DNA of 60,458 nt, from NCBI GenBank assembly GCA_964482535.1, contig CAYZXU010000002.1:1-60458 (forward strand), written 5' to 3'. The stretch's first letter is position 1. Each line of letters begins with the position of its first letter. The notes under the pieces were generated by a model. The model searched no databases and was not told the DNA's origin. It was given only the letters and a program-made list of their open reading frames with translations. The position numbers were made by a program, and so were the translations under genes. This document shows, in pieces, positions 18,501 through 30,500 of the stretch. This DNA is from an uncultured Desulfobacteraceae bacterium (GTDB taxonomy: Bacteria; Desulfobacterota; Desulfobacteria; Desulfobacterales; BuS5).

Positions 18501-21500
18501 CTCTGCCGATGAAGTGGGTTTAGATACAGCCTCTTATGAAAATGCAGATGAAGGGGTCGTTGTCAGCCTGCAAACCGGAATGGGAACAGCCGGCGAGGCT
18601 GCCGGAGATGAATTGGTTGATATTGAAAACCTTACAGGATCAGCATTTGCTGACAACCTGACAGGTGATGCTGAAGATAATATACTCTTGGGCAATGAGG
18701 GGGATGATACACTGACCGGCGGTGACGGCTATGATACGGCCTCCTATATTACCAGTCCTGACGGAGTGAATGCGGAACTGGTTACCGGTGCTGCCGATGA
18801 CGGCTTTGGCTCAACTGACACCCTGAACGAGATCGAATATCTGCGCGGCTCTGATTATGATGATATACTTATTGGTGACAGTGGACACAATTATCTCAGG
18901 GGCGGATTTGGTGATGATATTCTCGACGGCGGCGCAGGTGACGATTTCATCGAAGGGGAATCAGGTGATGATACGCTTAAAGATATCAGTGGAGATGATA
19001 CCCTTGACGGAGGGTTCGGATCCGACACCGTTTCATATGAAGGAGCTACTTTCGATCTGAACGTTGACCTGACGATCCTGGAGGTTCAGAACACTCTTGG
19101 TGCTGGTGAAGACTTGCTTGAAAGTATAGAAAATCTCACTGGTGGTTTCGGTAACGATATGCTCATCGGCGACAGCGGTGACAATGTTCTCCGCGGAGGA
19201 GCCGGCATTGATACACTTATTGGCGGCCTGGGTGCAGACACATTGATCGGAGGCGCCGGCGCGGATTTAATATACGGACATTTTATCGACAACACGGACA
19301 AGGCGGAAGACGTTGATATTGATATGGCATCATATATTGATTCTGCTGCGGTAACAGTAAATCTGACCACAGCCGTTCATACGGGTGGCCATGCTGAAGG
19401 TGATCAACTGCATGATATAGCTGGAATTACAGGTTCGGATTTCGATGATACTATAACCGGTGATGATAAAGACAATATTTTGAATGGCGCTGCCGGCAAT
19501 GACACCCTCATTGGCGCAGGTGGTGATGATATTCTCATTGGTGGAGCAGGGGCGGACAGTCTCACAGGCGGCGATGGTAGTGATACGGCATCCTACGAGG
19601 GCTCTGACTCAGCAGTAAATATTAACCTGGACACCGGTGTATACAGCGGTGGTCATGCAGATGGCGATTCCCTTATCGGCATTGAGAATATCACAGGTTC
19701 CGACTATGCCGATGCCCTGGTAGGTGATGTAGGGGATAATATCCTCATTGGCGGCAAGGGTGATGATATCTTTTCCTTTCTGGATGAATTCCACACAATT
19801 GACTCGAATTTGACTGTGGGTCAGGATGTTTATGATGGAGAAGAGGGAGAGGATACTTTTCCCGATTTCAAGTCACTTACAATTAATGATGTATTTCCTG
19901 GCGGCTTCACTTTAAGGGATGTGGACGGCATCACTATTACTGATGCTGAACACAGCATGAAAGCTGCCGGTGATATCATATTCACTTCGGCCACATCCAT
20001 TACTGTTGAAAATGATGTAAGGCTTGAGTCAACCGGAGGTGATGTCATACTAAGGGTGAACGCCTATGTTGCCCCGAATATTATTAACGATTTGCAGAAT
20101 TTTTATACAAGTAATGTGTCCGTGGCCGAAATTACCATCGGTAATAATGTCAGCTTGCTGGCCGGAGAGAATGTGTATATAGCAACTTCAGCTACTACTA
20201 CACGCTCTGTGGGGTATGAGTATTATCGAGTCGGTCTGGCCGAAGGGCTGGACGCAATGAATATCGCCAATATAACAGGTGAAATGACATTTACACCTGC
20301 AAAAACAGGCGAGGCACCGGTTGGAGGCGGTGAGCCGCCGGTCACTACTCATGCCAAAATCGTCTGGCATTCAACTGATGAAGATTTTGGGGCTGCCGGC
20401 TTTGAAACAGGCCAGACCATCATAGTAGATGGTTCCAAACTGAATAATAATCTCTACAGAATTCAGGAGGTGGATGCAGATAATAATACCCTGGTTATTA
20501 CCTCTGTGGAGTCTCTTGCACCAGCCGGAAACCAGGACGAGAGAGCAGATGTCGGAACTGAACCCGTATATGGTAATGCGGAACTTCAGGAAGAGAAAAA
20601 TGCAGTCTATGTCACCATTCAGGAAGTTGAAACATCCCGTCTGAATAGAAATCCTGTAACCACTTTAAATAATTTTGGTGAAGAGGCAAGCCAGCTTGAA
20701 ACAAGCGGGGCAGCGCAGGCATTATTTGTTCCATTTGCCGCAGAAAAGATAACGTCATTATTATCACCAATGTTTAATACTGCTAAAGGCAGTATTATGA
20801 ATAAACCATCCGTCAAGCAGTTCTTGAAAAAATGGCCTGTGGCAAACCAGTTGAATCCTGCAGCGGCGCCTCCGGTACAAATTTTTGAATCAGATGCAAC
20901 TGCCAGGATCTCTATTGGTGATGTGGTGATCAATGCCGGCAGTGATGTGACCATCGAATCGAATGCCATATCGGAAAGTAAACTCACCACATCTCCCACG
21001 TTGTTCGGCATACCGGTTTCCTTCGGTGTGACGGTGGTCACGTCAGATGCAGAGGCCCTGGCAGATATTACGGGTACTGCGGTTATCACGGCAGGCGGCG
21101 ATTTTAAATTAACGGCCGATGTGTCAAACACACTGACCGAAAACCTGTCCATCACATCCAAAAAATTAATAACTCTCCCGCCCAAAAAAAAGCCGACGAC
21201 TACGTCCAATGCGAATGGCCAGCAGGGAAACAATAATCGTAGTTTGCTGGATAAGTTTAAACTCCAACTCGCTGTAGGTGTTGCGGCAGCATCTTCAAAT
21301 ACGAGCGCAACCGTGGGCGAGAATGTAACGATCACCGCAGCAAATGCAAATGTGACTGCGAATAACGATAATGATTTTGATTTGCGCGTGTCGGCCAATA
21401 CACCGGCGACGACCATGTCCAAGCCCGGCAAGCTCACAAGCGCAAAGAAAACACAGGACTTCCAGGTTTCGGCTGCGGCAAATGAGTCTATTAAGGTTAC

Positions 21501-24500
21501 GCTGACGCCTGCCGCTCAACAGGCTGCAACGTCAGGTACGACGCTCCAGCCGAAGTTCAGAATCAGACTGATCAAGCCGGACGGCACATTTGTGTCCATC
21601 GAATCTCTGGAGCGAATGGGATCAAAGCAGATTGCCACCTTTAAGGCGCCTGTTGCCGGAAAATATAAGGTGCGTATCGAGCTTGCAAATGAAACGACAT
21701 TTTTTGACGGTACTCAAACTTCCGGCAATCCCAAGGCTGCCACGTTCAATATTTCCATTCCCAGGATGACCGAAAATGATCTTAAATATGAACAACAAGA
21801 ATCTTTTGGTTCCGCTACTGCGATAGGTGTAAGTAACGTCATGTCCACCAGCACCGCGCGGATCGACGGCGACGTGGTCATCACCGGCGGAGATTTTTCC
21901 GTTAATGCCAAGTCCATTACCGGTGATTCGTCAGGGGATTCAATGGATCCACTGACGGGTTTGCCGCTGGATACCGACAAGAACCACATCAGTGTTACGG
22001 CAATGCTCAACAAAAAGACGGTGGCGCTGAATACCACGCGGGACAGCAGCAGCGATACAGCCACAAGAGGGTGGCGGTCTTTCGCCAATGTCGGGGCCAA
22101 GCCCACAAGTATCACGAACCCAACCGCCAAAAAAGAGCCTCCTGCAAAGGGCCCGAATCTTACCGGTGCCGTCGGTGTCGGTATCAGTCATAACCGGGCC
22201 GACGCCATTATAGGCGACGATGCAACAATTATCGTCAACGGCGGTAATATGTCGGTGGAAGGCTACGTGGAAGAGAATATCAAGGTTAACGTCAACGCCC
22301 ATGTCAATAAACCGTCCGAGTCGGTGAGCGGTGCCGCGGCCGTTTTTGTGGGAGACTTCAATAATAAGGCCAATGCCTGGATCGGCGACAATACCAAAGT
22401 TGACGTCACGGGTCTTCTCACGGTCAAGTCTAACTCTAAAATTCCAAACCAGATTACGTTGGATGACGACTGGGATGAATTCAAAAAGAAATTCAACGGA
22501 TTTGTCGCCACGGACAGCTGGATCGGGCCCTTTACCAGTTTCGGATTGGGACAACCCCCGGAACCCACCGCCCCGGTTGGTCCGCCACCGCCGCCGCCTG
22601 CAGGAATCGGTGCGCAGATCATCCAGAAAATCATGGACGGCACCATCGTTGTCGTTCAGGACAAGGCCACCAATTTTGCGCAGTCACTGGCGGCTGGCGC
22701 CACGAATTATACCACGGGCATCGGTGATTCATTTGGCGGCGCCGAGGGCACAAAGAATACCGAATTAAGAGAATTGATGAATTTTTTCCCCAAAATACTC
22801 GAAACACCCGATATTTTTCAGAAGTTCTCCAGCACCTTCGTCTCGGCCAGCGCCAAGACACAGGCCGACCCGAAATATTGGAATTCCCAGGCCTCGACCG
22901 ATGCAGAGAAGCAGGCCGCAGCGCAAAAGGCCGATAAGCACTGGTCCTTTGCCTTTTCGGGATCCATTAATGTTTTTCTGGTGCACAGCGAGGCCGATGC
23001 CCGGATCGGGAAAAATGCTGAGATCAACCAGAACACGGCGTACCAGAACTCGAAACAGGACGTGATCGTCACGGCACATTCCTGGCTGGAAACTATCAAT
23101 ATGACCGGTCTGCCCGCCCTGAACATTACCCAACTCCTTCTGGGCCGCAACACGATTATGCCGCCGCAGACCACGGCTAAAACCTTGACGCCCACACAAA
23201 AAGCGAACATGACGCCTGAACAGAAACGGGCGCTCAAAAGACAGAAAACCCACCAGACTATCAGTTCGCTGCCGATCATCGGCGTTCCCTACGGCATGGC
23301 ATATAATCTGTCCACATTGAAAGACAGAGGGGTCGGGCGAACCGCTAAAAAGGACCTGTTTCAGAGAATTGAAAGCCAGCTCATGTTTCCCACCAAGAGC
23401 GGAGGCAGCGGGCTTGGGGTTAATTTCCAGCACACGGGATACACGAATATCGCTAGGGCAACCATCGATGACAGTGCCGAGGTCTCTTCACAGAAGAATG
23501 TCCGGGTTGAAGCTGTAACACACAACCTCCTGCTTGATCTCACCGCGGCAGGGGGCGCCGCCGAAGGATTCCTGGCCCTGACCGGTGCCGGCACCTCCAC
23601 GGATATCGATAATACGTCCATCGCCACTGTGGGGGATGATGCCGTCATCTATGCCCGAAGCAACATCAATGTTGATGCGGACACGGACAACACCCTGGTA
23701 ACGTATACGGGATCGACCACCCACGGGGCGGACCTCGGGATGGGCGTTTCGGTGACGGTCAATAATGTGGATAATAATGTCGGAGCCTACGTGGGGGACG
23801 GACAGGGCTCCGATCCCGCCGTTAATATTTCAAGGGTTGAACTGTCCTTTGATGCGGTCGCCGGCACCCTTACCCGTTCTGACGGCGGCAGCTGGATAGC
23901 CGACAATTACGACATCGGTGACTGGATCCGCGTTTCCAACCTTTCGGACTCAACTGAGGATGGTCTTTTCAGAATCACAAGCCTGAATGCCACAATCCTT
24001 ACACTTGAAGAGGGAGCAAAGTCCCCTGGTAACGAAACATCGGACATCGTTGCGATTCAGAAGATGGGTAGATTCCAGGCGGACGGGGTTGCAGTTTCTC
24101 TTGATATTCCTGCTTTGCAGTTTGATTTTATTCATGATCCAAACGCGTCCGACCGTATTGTCCGTAACGACGGCGGTGATTGGGGAAAAGATGGCTTTTT
24201 TGCCGGTCAGAATATCACCATTGCCGGATCGGCGGATAATGATGACACTTACGAGATTGAAACCATAGACGGTGAAACTATTTATCTGGTGGATGCTGAT
24301 CTTGAGAACGAATTCTCCGTTACAGGAATTTCAGTGGTGTCTGATGCCGGTAAGGTCTCCGTGACCGCGAATAACAGCTCGGTTATTGTCACCACCAGTC
24401 TTTCCGGCTCGCCGCTGCTGCTGGAAATGAAAGACAGCGCCCCGCCCCCTTCGAGCAATGCCCAGAACGCTACCCAGAAGCGATCAATTGGCAACAAGGC

Positions 24501-27500
24501 CCTCGGCGGCCAGAAGATGGGAGTTCAGGAACCGGGTAAAATCGCCCTGAATGGAACCTTTTCCCTGGTGGACATAGATAACACCACCACCGCCCATGTC
24601 GACGGCGGGTTCATCATCCAGTCCGGAACGGATATTGATGTTATTGCCGATGATTCCACGTATCTGATCAACGGCAGCACGGCCTTTGCCTATGCCGGTG
24701 ATATCGGCGGGGCCGGCAATATCGCCATAAACACGGTGAATCGAAATACGACGGCGGAAATCGGCAATGCCGCGATTGATCCTGCCGGAGAAGTTTTCAT
24801 CACGGATGCCGGAAACGTGGCAGTGAATGCCGTAAACGGCGGCGGTCTGGTTTCGGTTGCCACGTCCGGCGTTCTTCAGCAGTCCATGAACAAAAAACCC
24901 GCGCAGAAAGACGAGGCACAGCTTGCCAGGGGGAGCAGCAGCCAGCTAACTGCCCAGGATAAGGCCAGGATGGAGAAGGATAAGAAAGCCGCGGCAAGAG
25001 AAAAAAAGAGCCTGATTCCCACCTGGATGCCGGAAATGTCCCTGTCCGGCAACGTTTCCTATAATCAAATCAATGATAATACCATCGCCGATATCTATAA
25101 AGGCGTTATTGTGTCGGCGGATACGGTTGACGTGAAGGCATTGAACAATGCCTGGATCGGTGCCTATGCCGGTTCGGCTTCTATCACCGCTTCCTATTAT
25201 GATAATAGCGTCAAAACGGAGCCTGCAGCACAACCCCCACCTCCGCCTCCGGCCAGAAAGGTCAGCGACAATATCATTCGCCCGGTTCCCACGGTCAAAT
25301 TGCTGCCCAATAAACAGCTGTGGCTGGCATTTACGGGGAAATGTGCCTACTGGAATGCTTCCACCGCATCGGCGGATGCAGGCAGCCCAAGCAAACAGGT
25401 CGAGGGCGGTGATACGGACATCAATCTGACCGATTATTTTTCACGCCCCACATCTGCATCATCCACCACAACAGCGAAAACATTCTCATTGGCCGTGGGG
25501 GATTATGACGCCCATGCTGTCGGACGCCAGAAGGCCTGGTTTACCGTTACAGTTGCCGGAAAAACTTACAGTGGTACTGACGCAGAGATCGAAAAGGCCT
25601 GGGTGGCCGATATGCAGAAGGCCATCAAGAGTGCCATTACCGCTAAAAAAGGCGTCAGTAAAAGCGTCACGGAAAGCACGGCAAAGCCAGCAACGGACGG
25701 CAAAACTACTTCGCCGGGTCAGGAAGAACCTCAGAAAAACAAACCGCTCATTGCAGGAGCCGGTTCGGTGTCTGTCATTGTCAACAATATTGGTGGTGAG
25801 ACAAAGGCCTTTATTGATGGGTCTACCCTGTCCATCACGGACAGTTTGAAAGTTGCCGCTGATACCAGTCAGGTGATCGTGGGGGTCGCCACCAGCGGAA
25901 GCGTTGCCTACACCCAAAATAACAGCGGAATAGGTCTTGCCGGCTCAGGAGCAGTCAATATAATAACCGGATTGACTGAGGCTTATGTGAGTGGCAGTGC
26001 TGTTATTGTAGCAGCCGGTGGGGGCGGAATATCGATTATCGCTTCCGATAACAGCATCATTGGAACCGGCGCAGGTTCCATGAGTGTGACTGTGTCGACC
26101 AATGACCAGAAAACCAATACCGATAGTAATAATAATACCGGCACGAGCAAGAGCAATACCCGCACTCAGGCAGCAGTTTCAGTAAGCCCCTCTGCCGCAA
26201 TCAGCATCATAGACAGTGCGGTTCATGCCTTTGTTTTCGATTCAACCCTGATAGCCGATAAAGCCATTGATGTTGAAGCTGTTTCCAACGAGATGGTTAT
26301 TTCACTTGCCAGTGGTATCTCGGGCGCTGGTTCTAATGCAACCAAGGGCAGTTTTGCCCTGGCCGGTGCAGGTTCCGTTTCAGTTAACGTGATAGACGTT
26401 GAGGTGGAAGCCTATATTCAAGACAGCGATCCTGCAGCGGGCAGATCGATAGAAAGTCGCGATGAAACCGTTGCAGTCACGGCGGAGGATAATACTCTTA
26501 TCGTCAGCAACGCCGGCGCGTTGGGGATAAGTAACGCTAAAGGAAATGAATGGGGCGTGGGGATTGCCCTTGGCGCTGCTGTTGCCGTTAATATCGGTAA
26601 TAAGCGTGTTCGGGCAGGCATCTCGGGTGCGAATGTTACCAGCGAGAAAGGAGTAATCGTTACCTCCGTGTCGGATTCTTTCATCTGGGCACTGACCATG
26701 GGTGGATTCGGGGCCGGCGCCAAAGGCACGGAGAAGTTTGCCTTTGCCCTTGCAGCGGGTGCCGCAGGTTCCGTAAATGTGATCGATTCGGTTGTAGAGT
26801 CCTATATAGAAAACAGTACAATTACCACAGATAATACCGGCACAGGGGCAGTTAAGCTCTCAGCCGAAGATAACGCGTCCATAATTGCCAATTCCCTGAT
26901 TGTGGGTGTTTCCGGGGCAGTGGGCAAAACATCCGCCGTGTCAGCGTCTCTGGGCGGTTCCTTTGCGGTTAACATTCTCAATAAAGAGGTCAGGTCATAT
27001 ATCTCCTCGTCAGATGTTACGTCAGCAGGGCGGGTCGATATCGATGCTTCGTCGACCGGCATGATCTGGGCCCTCACCATCGGCGGCGTGGGTGCGGGTG
27101 CTAAGGCAGAACAGAATTTTGGTGGAGCACTTTCTGTTGCCGGTGCTGGAAGCGTCAATGTTATTGACAGCGATGTAGAGACCTACATTTATAATAGTGA
27201 TGTAGAGAGCGGTTCGACCTTCGACGTATCTCTTACAGCGGATGATTCGTCAACCATTTTCGCCAATGCAGGGATTTTGAGTGTGGCGGTAGGCTTGGGC
27301 AATAAAGCCATAGCAGCTTCACTGGGCGCGTCAGTAGCGATTAATTCGGTTACCGGCGGCATACGCGCCTATGTTGAGAATTCCAACATAACCTCCGGGG
27401 GCGGTCTTGACCTGACCGCCGAGTCGAATACGACTATATGGGCAATGACGCTGGCCGGTGTCGGTGCCGGCGGCAAAGGGAAAGACTCGTTCGGGCTGGC

Positions 27501-30500
27501 ATTTTCAGGCGCTGGCGCAGGATCACTGAACATAATAGAAAGATCAATCGAATCCTATATCACGGGGACCGTCAACGGCGGTGACCCTGAAAAGACGATC
27601 ACAACAGGCAACGAACAGGATGTTGTACTCAGCGCAAAGGATAATTCATTGATACTGGCCAACGCCGGTGTTCTGAGCGTAGCGGTCGGTGCCGGCGGAA
27701 CCACCGGTGTGGGCGGCTCTATGGGGGCATCTGTCATAATTAACGTCGTCGATAATAAGATTAATTCATATATTTCAGGTATGAAAGTCGATTCCGCCAA
27801 ACAGGTTGATCTCAATGCTGAGTCAAACGCCACAATCTGGGCCCTGGCAATTGCCGGGTCAGTCGGCGTAGGCGTTGGTAAGAATGCCAGTGGTGTGGGT
27901 ATTGCCGTTAGCGGCGCGACCACAGTAAACGTGGTTACAAATGAAATACACAGTTATATTGATCGGGACAGCCAAATCACAAGTTTGAATAACGGCTCTG
28001 TTACACTTGACGCAAAAGACAGTACCCTGATAATGGCCGATGCCGGCGGTATCAGCGTGGCTGTTGGTTCAGGCGCCAATGCAGGCGTTGGTGTTGCCCT
28101 TGGCGGTTCCGTGGCGGTCAACGTGGTTTCCAATGAAACCCTGTCCTATATATCCGACTCCACGATAGGAACGGTTGCAGCACCTGTGGGGGCTGTAACC
28201 CTGACAGCAGTCGCGGATTCACAAATCTGGGCTTTGACAATAGCCGGGTCTATTTCCGTGGGATACGGAAAAAGCAAATTCGGCGGTGCCCTGTCCGGCG
28301 CCATGGCAGGCTCTGTAAATATTGTTAAAAATACGGTCGAAACCAGGATTACTGATGGAAGTACTGTTAATAGCAGCGCGGACCTGTCACTCAGCGCCAC
28401 GGATAATACCGGTATTATTGCCAATGCATTCGGCGGCAGCCTGTCGGTTGGCGCAGGTAAAACCGGGCTTGCCATGGCAGTGGGCGGTTCCTTTGCTTTT
28501 AACTATATAAGCAACACGGTGCGTTCCTATGTGGACGACTCAGCCCTGGATATTAACGGCGTGTTATCCATTACCTCCTCGTCGGACAGCTCCATCTGGG
28601 GTCTGGCCATCGGCGCGGCGGTGGGTGTCGGTGTCGGCAGCGGGGGCGGAACCGGTGCTTCACTATCCATCGGAGTATCGATTTCCCATAATACAATCGG
28701 GAACATTACAGAGTCTTATATCAGGAATGCTGATAGTGTCCTGACAGGCGGCAATGATGTCACCATCAGTGCCGTTGACAATGTCGCGATCAAGGCATTT
28801 GCAGTGACCGCATCCATTTCAGTGGGAGTGTCAAAAGGGAATGCCGGCGTTGCCCTTAGTGGCGGCGGGGCAGGGGCCTTCAATACAATCAATTCCACGA
28901 CCAACGCCTATATCGACAACAGCAATCTCGGGACAGCACTAAATCCCGTGGGCAATGTCGATCTCGATGCCATAAGCACATCCGAAATTCTGGCCATCGT
29001 TCCCACCGTGGCAGCTTCCGTATCCTACGGCTCCAAGGCCGGTGTGGGCGTGGCTATCGGTATATCCGTGGCACGCAACATTATAGGAGAAAAGAAGAGC
29101 GATGTACTGTTTGACTATACAGACAGCTATACTCCCCATTCAGTCAATACAGGTGACAGGGTAAAAATTGCTGATGGTGCCAGGAAGGGTGATGTTTACG
29201 AGTATGTAGGGGCAGGCTATGATCGCTTTGATTTTACCGCGGATAATGCCAGCGCCGGGATGAGCAATGGTGACCGTGTATGGGTTGATGAGGATAATTC
29301 AGGAACCGCTCCGGCCGGTATATACCGTTATATAGGCGATGACTCAACCCTGGATCTCACCGCTGCGGATTACAACGATATCAATAACTGGGAACACCTT
29401 GATATGCTGAACCTCAAGGGTCAGGACTTTGGCGACAGACAAGCCTGGCGCCGGGTTGATCTCAACGCATCCGCTTCTGAAGTACAGGCCTATATCAGAA
29501 ATTCCAGCATTCAATCAAGCGGCGATATAACCGCTGACGCCATATCAACCCAGAGCATTGATTCCATTGTTGTGGCAGGGGCTGTGGCCTTGGCAGGCGG
29601 CGGCAAGGCTGGTATTGCCATCAGTGGCGCGGGCGTCTTTTCCGAGAACAAGATTGCTACGGACGTGAGGGCCTTTATCAATGGTGATGGGGCAAGCGGT
29701 ATTAATGCAAATAGTATCGCACTGGTGGCGGACGATTCCTCCTGCGTTCAGGGAATTGCGGGCGCTGCCTCAATTGCCGGTTCGGTGGGTGGAAAAGCCG
29801 GTGTTTCCGTGTCAATCGGACTTTCTCTTGCCTTTAACAGGGTGGATAACAGGGTTGAAGCTTTTGTACGGAACGCAGATATTACAACAGATACCGGGGA
29901 TGTGTCATTCTCGGCAACGACCAAAGGCAAGCATCTGTTTGATGACGGTATTTCCCTGACTGCAGCGGATCTTGATGATGCGGCCAAGGTAGATGAAAAT
30001 AATCCGGATGATCCGGATAGTGAAAATGATGATCCGGAAGATCCGACAGATGATGTGATCAATGAAGCCGAGGTCGACGCAACGGCCGACGCCCTCCTCC
30101 TTGATGCGTTGCGTGCCGATTTCGAGACCAGGGGCATTACACTCGTCGGTGAAATACGTCTTTCAACAATGGCAGAGCGCGAAATAATCGTAGATGAAGA
30201 TACAACCATTACAGAGGGGATAAGCTGGGCACTGACTACCGGTGGCGGATTGACATATTTCATTGAGTATGACGCAGCCGGCGATCAGTTCAGCGTCTCT
30301 CAGGCCTCCATCAGCGCCGTGACCGCTGCGGCCTCTATGGCAGCGGCCTTTTCCACCGGTGGGGCCACCTTTGCAATCAGCGGCGCCGGCGCCTTCGGAA
30401 TGAACATTGTTCTCACCGACACAAAGGCCTTCATAGATAACAGCGTTGTAACAAGCGCTGGAAACGTGTCGATTAGCGCTGTCAATTCTTCCGGAATCGC

